A stretch of DNA of 62,934 nucleotides, the filler included, from Octopus bimaculoides (taxonomy: Eukaryota), in assembly GCF_001194135.2 (NCBI RefSeq). It is 6 parts of 4 records of this genome, joined end to end, with 100 filler letters (N's around TTAATTAATTAA, not from the genome) between each part and the next. Parts side by side here need not be neighbours in the genome. Positions count along the whole stretch, not along the records: positions 47,791 to 52,973 come from NC_068982.1; positions 53,074 to 59,276 come from NC_068982.1; positions 59,377 to 62,934 come from NC_068989.1; 3 more parts are not named here. One strand, written 5' to 3'. Below, piece by piece: positions 49,481 to 62,934 of the stretch. The translations under genes were made by a program, and so were the position numbers. The stretch's first letter is position 1. Each line of letters opens with the position of its first letter. The notes under the pieces are model-generated. The model saw nothing but the letters and a program-made list of their open reading frames with translations, had not been told where the DNA came from and searched no databases.

Positions 49481-50821
49481 TAAAAGTTAAATATGCGTAA
49501 ACAGTAAGAGAAAACTGGTCCTCAAGGTTCATACAGACCTCGGTTGAGAATTACTGCTCTAGATGATATAGAATAAGTTGCTTCCCCAACTGCATAACTA
49601 ACGTAAACTGTCGCGTGTATTGCATCTGTATTCCTGTCAATGGGTGCAGGTGCTGATGCGTGTGTGCTTATGCACATGCGTATAAAACAAATCAAAATTG
49701 ATATATTTTTAAAGCAGTTAAAAAGATGAGATGATTGATTACAACTTCAAAGACAAAAACGTAAATAGTTCCATTTCGAGAAATAATTAAAGGAATATAA
49801 GAACTAACACATCGTCTGTTTACATAAACCAGGAATTACAGTAGTAAATCTATTGCTCTCAGTTTTTTGTTTTTGTTTTTTGTCTTTTTTTGTCCCCTCC
49901 GAATACAGAAAAATGATGATAACACACTCATTGTCTCTTCTGTCCTTAAGCCGTCTCGTGTAAGAGCTGGTGCTGTTGCCTGCTATGCTACCAATGTGTT
50001 GCTCATTGTTAATTGATAATTGTTGTATCACGGTTGTGCAATGATTGCTGGTTAACATGAAACATTAGCAGAAGCGAAAATTGTACCTTTCAACGTTAAA
50101 CATTGTGTAAAAAAAAAAAGAAAGATAATAATAATAAACAAACTGTGTAAAACGGCGAGACGGGTTTCTGACCCAGGCTAACTTAAAACAAGTATCGGAT
50201 TATTTGATTGACTAAACATAAGGAGGGGCTCCAGCAACGCTGCAGTCCAATGTGTGAAACAAGTAAAAGAATAAAAGATATTCAAGTGAGTACGAGCAGA
50301 TAAAGATAAACAAAAAAAAAAATAGAAACATCAAATAGTAAGTATGTATTTTAGCTAGAAGAAATGAAATCTGTTGAGGTTAGACGTAAGGGTGAGAGTG
50401 TCAAATAATAGACTTTACCGTGGTTGTTGATAACATTTAAAATAAGCTGAACAGATTTTGGTTTCTGCTGATATAGCTGAAAGATTAACAGATTAGTACT
50501 TACTAATTGGCAAAAAAATATATATATGAGCGACAGAGGCAGTATCAATACCGAGCGGTAATATTTGTCCCTACCTCAACATGGAAATTCTCTTAGAACA
50601 AACTATATTGCTCTAATGCTCTCGTATTGGCTTTTGGTGCAAAATGCACTCTCGTTTATAATGCTAGCGGGGAGATAAATACCCGCTACCTCCACTGCCG
50701 CGAAAACCAGATCACGTGGTTTCAACCTTTCTTGGTCTTGAGAAATTTTGGCACCAAAAGTCTATATGAGAGTTTCTATCATGATAACTACCACAGTATA
50801 GTTTGTTCTAACTAAACATCC

Positions 50822-51210
50822 ACAGGAGTGGCTGTGTGGTAAGTAGCTGGCTTACCAACCACATAGTTCCGTGTTCAGTCCCACCGCGTGGCACCTTGGT
50901 CAAGTGTCTTCTACTATAGCCTCGGGCCGACCAAAGCCTTGTGAGTAGATTTGGTAGACGGAAACTGAAAGAAGCCCGTCGTATATATGTATATATATAT
51001 GTATATGTATGTGTGTGTATATGTTTGTGTGTCTGTGTTTGTCCCCCCAACATCGCTTGACAACTGCTGGTGTGTTTACGTCCCCGTAACTTAGCGGTTC
51101 GGCAAAAGAGACCGATAGAATAAGTACTAGGCTTACAAAGAATAAGACTAAAGGCGGTGCTCCAGCATGACCGCAGTCAAATGACTGAAACAAGTAAAAG
51201 AGTAAAAGAG
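50822..51210 (+). mobile_element. SINE family C, near full length
   Basis: Complete layout with a short deletion before the tail. Confidence 0.9.
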
Positions 51211-51776
51211 TTTGAGTGAACATACATATTACCTCTTGATTGGCAAAAATAACAAATTTGGTGAAACTTCTCATTGGATAGAATGACAAACAATGATGAA
51301 ACCAAAATATTCGTGTATACCATCTAACCAGCTAAAGCAGGCTTGTAGAAGATTTTCTCGGAATGGTTAACATAAGTCACATGGCAAAACAAAATGATTC
51401 GACTTTCACTTGCCATAAAATCGCTACATATATTCATACACATATATGATATAAACTGGCACTTAGTGGGTTACGACGTCGAGGGGGATCTATTTTAAAA
51501 CGGGGGCCACATTTTTCATTAATATTTTACGTAGTGTTTTTGGTACGGAAAAACTTTCAAACTTCGTATACTTATCTATTTTGTGTTATAGAACAGAAAA
51601 ATATTTTTGTATTCGAATTTATTTCATGTAAAAAATTGTCTTACTTCGATAATTTCAACCAATCACTGACAAGTTTTCAGTTGTTTATATTTACTCCTTT
51701 GGCTGATTAAGCGATGTAAAGCGTATTTAATCTCCATACCTTCGTTTTATTTGCTTTTCTCATTTTAAATTTGCTT

Positions 51777-51824
51777 TAACCCTAACCCTAACCCTAACCC
51801 TAACCGTACGGTTAGGGTTAGGGT
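51777..51824. repeat. interstitial telomeric repeats in an inverted palindrome
   Basis: (TAACCC)4 TAACC GTAC GGTTA GGGTTA GGGT, then a gap. Confidence 0.9.
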
Positions 51825-52357
51825 NNNNNNNNNNNNNNNNNNNNNNNNNNNNNNNNNNNNNNNNNNNNNNNNNNNNNNNNNNNNNNNNNNNNNNNNNNNN
51901 NNNNNNNNNNNNNNNNNNNNNNNNNNNNNNNNNNNNNNNNNNNNNNNNNNNNNNNNNNNNNNNNNNNNNNNNNNNNNNNNNNNNNNNNNNNNNNNNNNNN
52001 NNNNNNNNNNNNNNNNNNNNNNNNNNNNNNNNNNNNNNNNNNNNNNNNNNNNNNNNNNNNNNNNNNNNNNNNNNNNNNNNNNNNNNNNNNNNNNNNNNNN
52101 NNNNNNNNNNNNNNNNNNNNNNNNNNNNNNNNNNNNNNNNNNNNNNNNNNNNNNNNNNNNNNNNNNNNNNNNNNNNNNNNNNNNNNNNNNNNNNNNNNNN
52201 NNNNNNNNNNNNNNNNNNNNNNNNNNNNNNNNNNNNNNNNNNNNNNNNNNNNNNNNNNNNNNNNNNNNNNNNNNNNNNNNNNNNNNNNNNNNNNNNNNNN
52301 NNNNNNNNNNNNNNNNNNNNNNNNNNNNNNNNNNNNNNNNNNNNNNNNNNNNNNNNN

Positions 52358-52388
<31 letters not shown>

Positions 52389-52570
52389 TGTTTGTCCCCC
52401 ACCATCGCTCGACAACCGATGTCCCCGTAACTTAGCGGTTCGGTAAGAGAAACCGACAGAATAAGTACTAGGATTACAAAGAATAAGTTCTGGGGTCGAT
52501 TTGTTCGACTAAAAGTGGGGCTCCAGCTTGGCCGCAGTCAAATGACTGAAACTAATACAAGAGATAAAAG
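52358..52570 (+). mobile_element. SINE family C, 3' half
   Basis: Begins in the internal (TG)n after a gap; tail present. Confidence 0.85.
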
Positions 52571-52925
52571 AATATATACAATTAATTAATCATAAATAAA
52601 TATGTATAATTACTCCTGATCAATTTATATTTACTGCAGTATTATTTTGATGGTAAAAGCACGTGGTTTGTGGTGAAGAAATTATATTTAAATAGTATAT
52701 ATTTGTGGATGTATGTATATATTCGTGCGGATATTACTAGTCCATATAGTATGTATAAACATCTACATGTATATTCATTGGCATCCCATATTGATTGATT
52801 ATTAGCCCGCTTTCAACCTGTGCTAACGGAGTAAAATAACATGTGGTTTATTGGGCTATTAGCGTCTATTTCAAGCATGTTAGTTTGCCTATCCATACCC
52901 TTTTGCTATAACTATATCTGTATAA

Positions 52926-52973
<48 letters not shown>

Positions 52974-53073
52974 NNNNNNNNNNNNNNNNNNNNNNNNNNN
53001 NNNNNNNNNNNNNNNNNTTAATTAATTAANNNNNNNNNNNNNNNNNNNNNNNNNNNNNNNNNNNNNNNNNNNN
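52974..53073. other. artificial scaffold linker
   Basis: N44-TTAATTAATTAA-N44. Confidence 0.95.
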
Positions 53074-53214
53074 ATTATATATATATATTCCGGATATGTG
53101 CTGTTTGCTACATGCTTATTGATGCGGTTAAAAATCACCCTCGTAAAAATTTTCCAGCTATGCACAATAATCGTATTCCTCTGAAATTATCGCATACACT
53201 TTCCTTCCCTTTAT

Positions 53215-53775
53215 CTTTGCAGAGGTGCGATATAGCTGGATCTTTGGACTAACAGGGAACAGATCCAGTTTTCCAGATCAAACTTTTCTATTAGTGCAAC
53301 TTCCTCACAACCTGTCTATCACCATGCTTGTGCACTTCAATGGGAATACTATCTCTCCAGGAACGTTGCTATTGGAAGGTCGTTTTAATAGCAGTACTCC
53401 TCTCTTTCAAGGAAGGAACTTTCATAGATTACTTCAGGATTAGAAATAGATTCATGGTTTAACTCGGATTTGAAGAATTTCGTCTTTGCTACTTAAGAGT
53501 TTTGGCACGTCAGTGGAAAGAATAAGCTGTACACCTTTCAAATCATCACACAATGCTCCCGGGTTGTGAGAGTTAGCAGCTAGTTCCAATTCTTGAGCTC
53601 TTTTTACCCACCAAGAAGTTTTCATCGCACGCAATTTTTTCTGCGTAATGTTTATAGAGAAGTATTTGGATTCAAGTGATGGTGAGTTTTATTTCAGATT
53701 CCTGTCTTGTGTCTTTTGTGCATACTTTTTAGAAGTTTGTCTTGAGAATCATTCTTAAGAACACCTTCAGCTGAT
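53215..53775 (-). mobile_element. RTE (BovB-like) LINE internal fragment, degenerate
   Basis: LRAMKTSWWVKRAQELELAANSHN resembles the RTE linker LR.MK..WW..KA.E.Q.AAD..N. Confidence 0.7.
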
Positions 53776-53794
53776 GATTTGATATGATAATGAT

Positions 53795-53975
53795 AGCAAC
53801 GCTTTCTACTATAGGCACAAGGTATGGAATTGATTGGAGCAAGTCGATTATATCGATCAGAGTACTTAACTGGTTCTTGTTGTGCCGACCGCGAAAGGGT
53901 GAAAGGCAAAATCCACCTCGGCGAAATTTGAACTCAGATCGAATAAACAGACGAAATGACGCTAAGTATTCGTCC
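53795..53975 (-). mobile_element. family-M SINE, degenerate
   Basis: B-box and tail blocks present. Confidence 0.7.
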
Positions 53976-53992
53976 TGTGTGCTAAATATAAT

Positions 53993-54037
<45 letters not shown>

Positions 54038-54079
54038 AACAATGATAATGATGACGATTTCATTTATTTGCCACTAGGG

Positions 54080-54840
54080 TGAAGGATGAAAGGAACAATA
54101 CAAAGATAGACATAACGTGTTGGGGTCTACATATAGGGAAATGAAAAACAAAATTTCAAAAAATGTAAGTATACTCGGTCTAGGATGAAAAGGAAAGGAC
54201 ATATACATAATATACAAAGGTTTAAAAAAAATGGGTGGGGATGATAGAGGTGTAGCCCTCCTCATACAGGATGGCCTGTAAGAATAATCGAGGAACCCCA
54301 CTGTCCGAGATTTCCTTGAAACCCAGGCGTAAGTGCCCTCCCCAATTCCTTCTCTACGACTCACAGGTCTACACTTAGGGAGATACCATCCATTCTTGCC
54401 ATTTTCGCAACTTTCACCCACTTTTTAATAAACTCACTCGAGGACAGCACTTAACCTCTCCACTCTCAATTTCCTTTTCAGGTGAAACTGGAAAAAGTCA
54501 ATGAGTCTACTGCCAAAGATGAATGTATCTGTCCTCAAGCGTTTCAGCCTTGTCCACCAAACAACTTCTTTCGCCACAGCCACCAGGAAAAGGAAAACTG
54601 TCCAATTGAAGGAGAGCGGCAGTGGAATTATCACTACACACAACCGACAGACGGATCTGTCCTTCATGTGACAGCAGCTGTTCGACATAACCTCACAAGT
54701 CAGCAATGCCCGGATACTGAACGAGTGCCTGCAGAACGGTTTCGTCATACTGCAGATAAACCCGTTTGAAAGCACCTATTTGCCTGTAGAGTTTATCTCG
54801 AACCGGTAGCGCCACCTGAATGCCCTGATGCAGTGTCAGG
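54080..54840 (-). mobile_element. L1/Tx1-like LINE 3' fragment
   Basis: ALPVRDKLYR...DETVLQALVQYP (decayed zinc knuckle), VAVAKEVVWWTRLK, FFQFHLKRKLRVER, FIKKWVKVAKMARMDG. Confidence 0.65.
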
Positions 54841-55457
54841 TAGTAGCTGTCATAGCTTCTGATTTTAACTGGTTAGAAGTGTTATCATGTACATTGTTTT
54901 GTCGTGGTATAAAAGATGGGCTACAGCAAATATTCTGCTCAATACCACAAATTTGCTTGTCAGTTGATTGACCTTAACCAGNNNNNNNNNNGCTCAATAC
55001 CACAAATTTGCTTGTCAGTTGATTGACCTTAACCAGTTGAGCATGTCCCTTGGTGGCTGACGATATGTGCATCTCTGATCACGAGCAGAAGCAGTGGTGG
55101 GGGAAATCACAGCCATGTGTTGAGAGGAATTCTTTGGGGTTTGAATAATTCACCTCTGAAAACAGAGGTGCTTCGTTCAACATCCTTAAACAACCCTTAT
55201 TCAGGAACCTTTTGAACGGACTGGCCTACTCAACCTGAGTCTCACCTGCAAGGTAATGTGCTGTTTATCTTGATATCAGATCACCATGCTGTGCACATGT
55301 GGCTTTAATGCATGTGCCAGACGGGTAGTCATGATGGGTTTATTGGCCTTCGTATATTTGTATCCCAGTGTCACTTTGGTGGCATACGCTGCTCTCTCAC
55401 TCAATAATAATGATGATGATGATGATGATGATGATGGTTTCAAATTGAAACCATTAC

Positions 55458-55459
<2 letters not shown>

Positions 55460-55527
<68 letters not shown>
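55460..55527. repeat. (AGT)n microsatellite, next to (GAT)n at 55408-55436
   Basis: Read directly from the sequence. Confidence 0.95.
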
Positions 55528-55756
55528 CTGCGACAGCAGCAGATATATCAACAAATATGACAAATCGTAAGTAAACTACAGACAAGAATAGTTGCGGGTG
55601 TAAATGCTACATATATACTTTCACATATATAAATACCTAGTCAGACAGACACATACACACATGTACACACACGCACACACACATATATAGGTATACGTAT
55701 ATATGCGTGTCTATATGTTTTTATACATACACACATGTCTGTATGCTGTATGCATA

Positions 55757-55811
<55 letters not shown>

Positions 55812-57628
55812 NNNNNNNNNNNNNNNNNNNNNNNNNNNNNNNNNNNNNNNNNNNNNNNNNNNNNNNNNNNNNNNNNNNNNNNNNNNNNNNNNNNNNNNNN
55901 NNNNNNNNNNNNNNNNNNNNNNNNNNNNNNNNNNNNNNNNNNNNNNNNNNNNNNNNNNNNNNNNNNNNNNNNNNNNNNNNNNNNNNNNNNNNNNNNNNNN
56001 NNNNNNNNNNNNNNNNNNNNNNNNNNNNNNNNNNNNNNNNNNNNNNNNNNNNNNNNNNNNNNNNNNNNNNNNNNNNNNNNNNNNNNNNNNNNNNNNNNNN
56101 NNNNNNNNNNNNNNNNNNNNNNNNNNNNNNNNNNNNNNNNNNNNNNNNNNNNNNNNNNNNNNNNNNNNNNNNNNNNNNNNNNNNNNNNNNNNNNNNNNNN
56201 NNNNNNNNNNNNNNNNNNNNNNNNNNNNNNNNNNNNNNNNNNNNNNNNNNNNNNNNNNNNNNNNNNNNNNNNNNNNNNNNNNNNNNNNNNNNNNNNNNNN
56301 NNNNNNNNNNNNNNNNNNNNNNNNNNNNNNNNNNNNNNNNNNNNNNNNNNNNNNNNNNNNNNNNNNNNNNNNNNNNNNNNNNNNNNNNNNNNNNNNNNNN
56401 NNNNNNNNNNNNNNNNNNNNNNNNNNNNNNNNNNNNNNNNNNNNNNNNNNNNNNNNNNNNNNNNNNNNNNNNNNNNNNNNNNNNNNNNNNNNNNNNNNNN
56501 NNNNNNNNNNNNNNNNNNNNNNNNNNNNNNNCATATACATGTGTCTCTGTCTATGTATATATGTACAAACTTACACGTATATGTATGTAGATGTGTGTGT
56601 GTGTATGTGTGTGTATGGGGGGGGGTGACTGTTATATGTTCGAGGGCTAAACTGAAAGTACGAGCCTAATATTTATACTAAGTGACGTATGTCGTTCATA
56701 TTGCTCATTTTGACTGAGTAACCCTTTCCCAGTAGAAAAGCTATACACTAAATAATGTCTATCACAGGCATTAATCGTACATTTGCATCATATTGGAAGC
56801 CGCCACTCGTATCCCTTAGAAAAAATTCCGGTATGAACTTCGGTAACCAACAGTTCACAGACATTTTCACCGAGCTCACAGCATCAAACCTTTGTCACGA
56901 AAGTATGCTCTGCATTGAGCCCAACAAACAAAAGTTGAGGGTTGATGAATTGTCTTAGCGACTGTAGCTCACTCAGTACCTGGTTAGTCTTCCATACCGG
57001 TTTTTACTCGCAAGAAAATTATTCATCCTTGTGTGAAAATTTTTCTTTTCAGTAGTGTCATCTGCTTAAACGATTCGTAGCTTTCTGTGTTTGTCAGACA
57101 GCCTGTACCACCTACTACGTCAAAAACTCGGTGGTGGCATTTTGCGTCCTCTTCCAATCTCTCCTTTCTGTGCATAGAAGAAACTAAGGAAATATGATAC
57201 AGAAAGAGTTACTCTACCAACATCAGCAATTTCAAAAACCTATGTCAGATGATAAATAAATGTTATACCTATTTTGCATAAATTTTGGTTAAAATCTTGT
57301 AAAACATACGCGTGCGCGCACACACACATACGAAAACACACACATTATATATATATGCTTGTACGTGTATATGCACGTATATAAATAGGTATATATAATA
57401 CATACATACATATATATACATGTATATACACACATATATACATACATATATAAATATTCGTAGATCTCTAGAAAGTTGTATACAGAGAAAGAAATATATA
57501 TACATATGTATATATATGTATTTGCAAGCATGCATAAATATGTGTTCGTGTATATATGGGTATGTGCGTTTCAATATATATATAATTGTATATAAATCTA
57601 AATATGTATATAGGTGTATGTATGTGTG

Positions 57629-57671
<43 letters not shown>

Positions 57672-57829
57672 ACATGCAAACATACATAAATACATACATA
57701 CAAACATATATAACCCATACACACACACACACACATATCGAAATTTCTGTAAAGGGACACATATTCATGCATACATATATGTTAATGCGTGTGAGTGTGT
57801 GTATATATATATATCTGTATACACACAGA

Positions 57830-57876
<47 letters not shown>

Positions 57877-58384
57877 GCACACGCACGCGCACACACACAC
57901 ACACACACAAACACACACATACTCACACACACAAGGACGTATATCTATTCAAGAAGCAAATAAGGATATTTTCAGAGATAACACGGCAAATATTAAAAAA
58001 ATCATAGAAATAAATATATGATAAATAGAACAAAAAATAGATAGAAAATGGAAAATGAAACTACATAAAAATATGTCGATAAATTGGTGAAGAATAATAA
58101 TGGCGACGTCGACAAAAACAACAACAAAAACATGCACAAAATCACCAACAAAACAATAAAAACAGCAGCAGTAACAACAACAACAGTAATAATAAGTAAA
58201 ACCAATAAAAAATAATAGTCAAAGCACAATAAATATATAGAAAATGAAAACAAAACCGCAGGAAAATCAGTATTTCTGAGATTTCTGAATATACATACGC
58301 ATATACATACATACATACAAACATACATACACACACACACACACACACATACATATACGTGAGGATACATACGTATATGTAAGC

Positions 58385-58418
<34 letters not shown>

Positions 58419-58665
58419 GCATATATATATATATATATATNNNNNNNNNNNNNNNNNNNNNNNNNNNNNNNNNNNNNNNNNNNNNNNNNNNNNNNNNNNN
58501 NNNNNNNNNNNNNNNNNNNNNNNNNNNNNNNNNNNNNNNNNNNNNNNNNNNNNNNNNNNNNNNNNNNNNNNNNNNNNNNNNNNNNNNNNNNNNNNNNNNN
58601 NNNNNNNNNNNNNNNNNNNNNNNNNNNNNNNNNNNNNNNNNNNNNNNNNNNNNNNNNNNNNATAT

Positions 58666-58722
<57 letters not shown>

Positions 58723-59276
58723 GAAAGAGAGACAGAAAGCGAGAGAGATAAGGACAGAAAAAGAGAGAGATAGTTAGACAGACTGACAGACAGATGATTA
58801 GAAAGAGAGAGACAGACAGACAGACAGACAGGTAGATAGATAGATAGATAGATATATATATAGATAGATAGATAGGAATAAACGTATATATCTATCAATA
58901 CTTACATATACACACATACACATGTATATGCATACTTAAAAATGTATGAAGTTGTAAAGACATATGTGTCTTTACATGTGTGTGTGGTTGTGTGTTTGTG
59001 TGTGTGTGTGTGTGTGTCTGAGTGTATGTGTGTATACGGATGCAGATACACACTGAAACATTCACTCACAAACACATTATTTCGTATATTATTTTTTTCT
59101 ATTCCCTCAGTTTGTTTACTTAGCCATTCTTGTTCGTGTTACCAGCGTCTATATGTGAGTATACATGTAAACATATATATATAAATATGTGTGTGAGTGT
59201 GTGTGTGTACAAATATGTATGTGTGTATGTATATGTATGCACATACATATGTATATATATATATATATATATATAT

Positions 59277-59376
59277 NNNNNNNNNNNNNNNNNNNNNNNN
59301 NNNNNNNNNNNNNNNNNNNNTTAATTAATTAANNNNNNNNNNNNNNNNNNNNNNNNNNNNNNNNNNNNNNNNNNNN
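59277..59376. other. artificial scaffold linker
   Basis: N44-TTAATTAATTAA-N44. Confidence 0.95.
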
Positions 59377-59818
59377 CTTAGTTTTATAAAAAAAAAAACT
59401 TATGTCTTGATTTTGATTTTAAAAATATTCTGCAAAATATTGCTAGCAACTAGAGATTTGAGTAACAGTGGTTCTGATTGGTCAAAACAATGCACCTTTG
59501 GGAAACTTTTGTCATCTCAGTCAATGAAAAAGAAGCTTATGAACCCATATGCTAAATGATATTACCTATTTAGGCTTTATAAATGCTGAGCCAAAGGGAA
59601 GCATTTGGGGGGAGGGGGCAGATTTTTTCCCCAAAATTTATGCATGTCTTTGCCCAAATGAATTCTAGTGTTATGTGAAGCAGTGCAAGCTTTCTATCAA
59701 GCATTGGTCTTCTCAAGAACTGCACACATCCTTTTGGGCAATTTCTGTTTTGGATGCCAACTTTGCAAATACCTCATATTCTTTCTTTATTGTTAATAAT
59801 GTAGTAATGAATATTTAC

Positions 59819-60162
59819 TTGGGCAAGTGTCTTCTACTATAGCCTCGGGCCGACCAAAGCCTTGTGAGTGGATTTGATAGACGGAAACTGAAAGAAGCCT
59901 GTCTTATGTATGTATATATATGTATGTGTGTGTATATGTTTGTGTGTCTGTATTTGTCCCCCCAACATCGCTTGACAATCGATGCTGGTGTGTTTACATC
60001 CCCATAACTTAGCGGTTCGGCAAAATAGACTGATAGAATAAGTACTAGGTTTCCAAAGAATAAGTCCTGGGGTCGATTTGCTCGACTAAAGGTGGTGCTC
60101 CAGCATGGCCACAGTCAAATGACTGAAACAAGTAAAAGAATAAAAGAGTAAAGAGTAAGAGT
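59819..60162 (+). mobile_element. SINE family C, 5'-truncated
   Basis: Starts at TTGGGCAAGTGTC and runs to the (AAGAGT)n tail. Confidence 0.9.
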
Positions 60163-61216
60163 TTAATTATGCGAAAATTAACTGGCACTTAATTGGTACT
60201 TAATTTATTGACTCTGAAATGATGAAAGGCAAAGTTGATCTTGGTAGAATTTGAACTCAAAATGTAAAGACAGACAAAATACCGCTGAGCATTTCATACT
60301 GGGGTCGATCTAATCGACTGGCTCCCTCTCCAAAAATTCCGAGCCTTGTGCCTAGAGTAGAAAAGAATATTACTGAATAATGATAATGATGATGATGACA
60401 ACGATGACTTTATGAAAATAAAGAAAGCAGCTTAAGAAAATGTAGTCAAGATTTTCTCCTTTCATTATTTATGCAGCTGAGATGAGGCAAAGACTTCCTG
60501 AAATTTTAGCTATTTTTGAAAAAAAAAAAAAACTTTCTTCTTTTCAGATAAACATATACTCCATAACTGTAAAGGATATACCCTAATATCATGATGTTGT
60601 GAAATACTTAGATGCTTTTTATAGTAAAGTGGCACACTCAAACTATCAGTTAAGCCAAAAATACATGACCAACTGGGAAAACAAAACACAAATTGAAGCT
60701 TTTGGGAGTGAAGCATGGCAATTTAAAAATATCTTGAGAAATGATCCATGTCTGCCCTAATAGTATCTCATCAAAATGCTGATGTAGGGTGCTCAGTATT
60801 GTAAATTAGGATATAAACAGGAAAATAAACAAAACTTGACCTTCATGTTACCCTGATAGTAAATTTCATACCCTGATAAGGGTATGAAAATGTTTCAACT
60901 TATCAATTTTCTGATGAAGTTTTATAAGTAATAGCAACTCTAAAATCATATCAGTGCCCTTTGACATATAAAGCTTTGACACATGAACTTTAACCTTCAA
61001 TGCCATCATTCCACCTAAATTCTTCCCTTATATTTTGTGAGGCAGACATCTCCAAGGGAGACGCTCGTTTATATATTTTTTGAATGAAGAAAGTAAAGGC
61101 AAAAAATTAGTATTTAGGTGGTTTTTTTACTTAAAAAATTTTTTGAAACTGTTATGCTTTTGGATCAGTGTTTGCAAAATCTAGATAATTCTTGAATTAA
61201 TTTGCTTTATTTCTAG

Positions 61217-61288
61217 ATTGAAAGAAAGTGGCAACCATGCTGTGATGACCAGAATTATTCTCATTTGCATTGCCTATATTGTCCAAAA
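61217..61288 (+). CDS. candidate Cys/His-rich exon (IERKWQPCCDDQNYSHLHCLYCPK)
   Basis: Strong acceptor tttgctttatttctag|; weak donor AAA|gtttac. Confidence 0.2.
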
Positions 61289-62848
61289 GTTTACACACAC
61301 ACACCTATCAGTCTATACATGTCTATCAGTATTTCCCTGTCTGTCTGTCTATACATAGAACACTCCCTCCCGCACCCACACATACATGCACGCATAGTGG
61401 AAAATTAAGATAAACACGAGTATAAATATTTAGTTCCTATGTACGTTTCCCTACTTCAGTTATTTGGAACGCGGTATTAGATGCTCCAAGTGTATTTGGA
61501 TGCCTAACTGCAATGGATCATCAGGGGAACAGTCTATTGCACTCTGTTACAGATCTAATAGCTTGGAATATTGAATGCAGAGGTCTAAATAACTGCAATA
61601 GTGAAACATTTGTAGGAACTAAATATCTATGCTGGCATTTATTTTAATTGTCCACCACATATGCTCTGTATATCATAGCCTATTAACACTGTGTATTAGA
61701 GTGTTTTTTTTTTTACCACTATACTAGAAGGTGAGTGGATAGCAATGACCTATATGGAGCTCTAGCTCATAGATATAGTTAGATATACAACATATCTAAC
61801 TATATATGGTACCAAGTAAAAAGTACACAGTACACTTTAAGTGGTTGGTGTTAGGAAAGGTATCCAGCTGTAGAAACCAAGCCGAAACAAACTATGGAAC
61901 CTGGTGTGGCTCCTGGCCTTGCCAGTTTCTGCCAAGCCATCCAGCCCATGCCAGCATAGAAAACAGACATTGAATGTTAATGATGATGATGATGATAGAT
62001 AGATATATATTCTTCTACCTCCCCTTCTCCCCCTCCCCGTTTTTTCTCACTTATCCTGTCTCCAATTTTTTCCTATCCCCTTCACAGTTCTCTGTCTGTC
62101 ACTCTCTCGCCCTCACTCTTCCTCCCTTGCTCACATGGCTCCTACGTGACCATCGGCCATCTTTCTTTCTTCTCCTAACTTCTTCTAGCTTGTGTTTTTT
62201 TTTCTCTCCGTTGTAGCTGGATCAAGGAAGACATGTTCTTGTCTGTCTCCTGTCCAAGCTTGATTTACGCGTTCGCCACCACAACCTCGTTTAGGCTTAG
62301 CAGCTCATCCTGTTTGTTTTCCTTATCCTGTTTTTGTTACCAATTTTGACCCTCCGCAAAATCCCAAATTTTATTTAATTTGCTTTGCAAGAGCAACTGT
62401 TTTATTGAAAGCGTATCTTGTTGTGAAATGCTCGAAATGCGAGAGTAGAAAAACAGCCAACAACTGATGAAGGGTCATATTTTATGTTGTTTGTCTTATT
62501 TTACATTTGTGTTTTTCGTTGTTCGAAAAAATAGTTCCTATTCCTTGTACTCGTACTTCGTATTTTTGTTGTACACGTTTCATGACGTCCTGTGCCCACA
62601 TATGCATATATATATATATATATATATATATTTGAAGGTTTGGAGGTGATGTACAGAAATTATATAGAAAAAAATTAATTAAGGTACTCAGAAACCTGGA
62701 TGTTTGTACATTTACAGATTTTTATTAATGTCACATATTAAATGAAGCGCTTTCACCTAGTCATGTAGGTTTTTCAAATATATATATATATATATATATA
62801 TATACGTATAGATGTAGGTACATATGCGTATGTATATATATTATTTAT

Positions 62849-62886
<38 letters not shown>

Positions 62887-62934
62887 TTATATATATATAT
62901 ATAGTTATTATATATAAAACATACAGTTATTTCC

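Noticed and set aside
51777-51824. True chromosome end or telomere fusion
   Set aside because: Too few repeats, internal position, and orientation opposite to a fusion signature.
54938-55040. 45-bp direct repeat flanking 10 N
   Set aside because: Same overlap artefact.

Overview
AT-rich, microsatellite-saturated animal genomic DNA. The SINE families look like those of octopus (recognised from memory, not by database search). The window is not one contiguous locus: five identical 100-bp linkers (N44-TTAATTAATTAA-N44) join six contigs or scaffolds, and there are many other N gaps. No complete protein-coding gene is supportable; only a few low-confidence candidate exons are visible. Most identifiable content is mobile DNA: two abundant tRNA-derived SINE families, RTE-tailed repeats, a HERO-type non-LTR reverse transcriptase fragment, RTE and Tx1/L1 fragments, Tc1/mariner and pogo remnants (two with both TIRs), and MITE-like inverted repeats. 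The most interesting signal is a set of Penelope-like elements carrying minimal hammerhead ribozymes. In one family the 3' end runs: GIY-YIG-like C-terminus, tRNA-like Pol III A/B-box cassette, (AAT)n, hammerhead, tail. One copy keeps an intact hammerhead core (45376-45421, minus strand) and other copies have lost it, largely at CpG sites. At least one further related hammerhead-bearing family is present. Other oddities are a 48-bp-arm pre-miRNA-like hairpin, an inverted telomeric palindrome, a recurrent dimeric SINE, and a ~220-bp tandem triplication in a CpG-retaining region.
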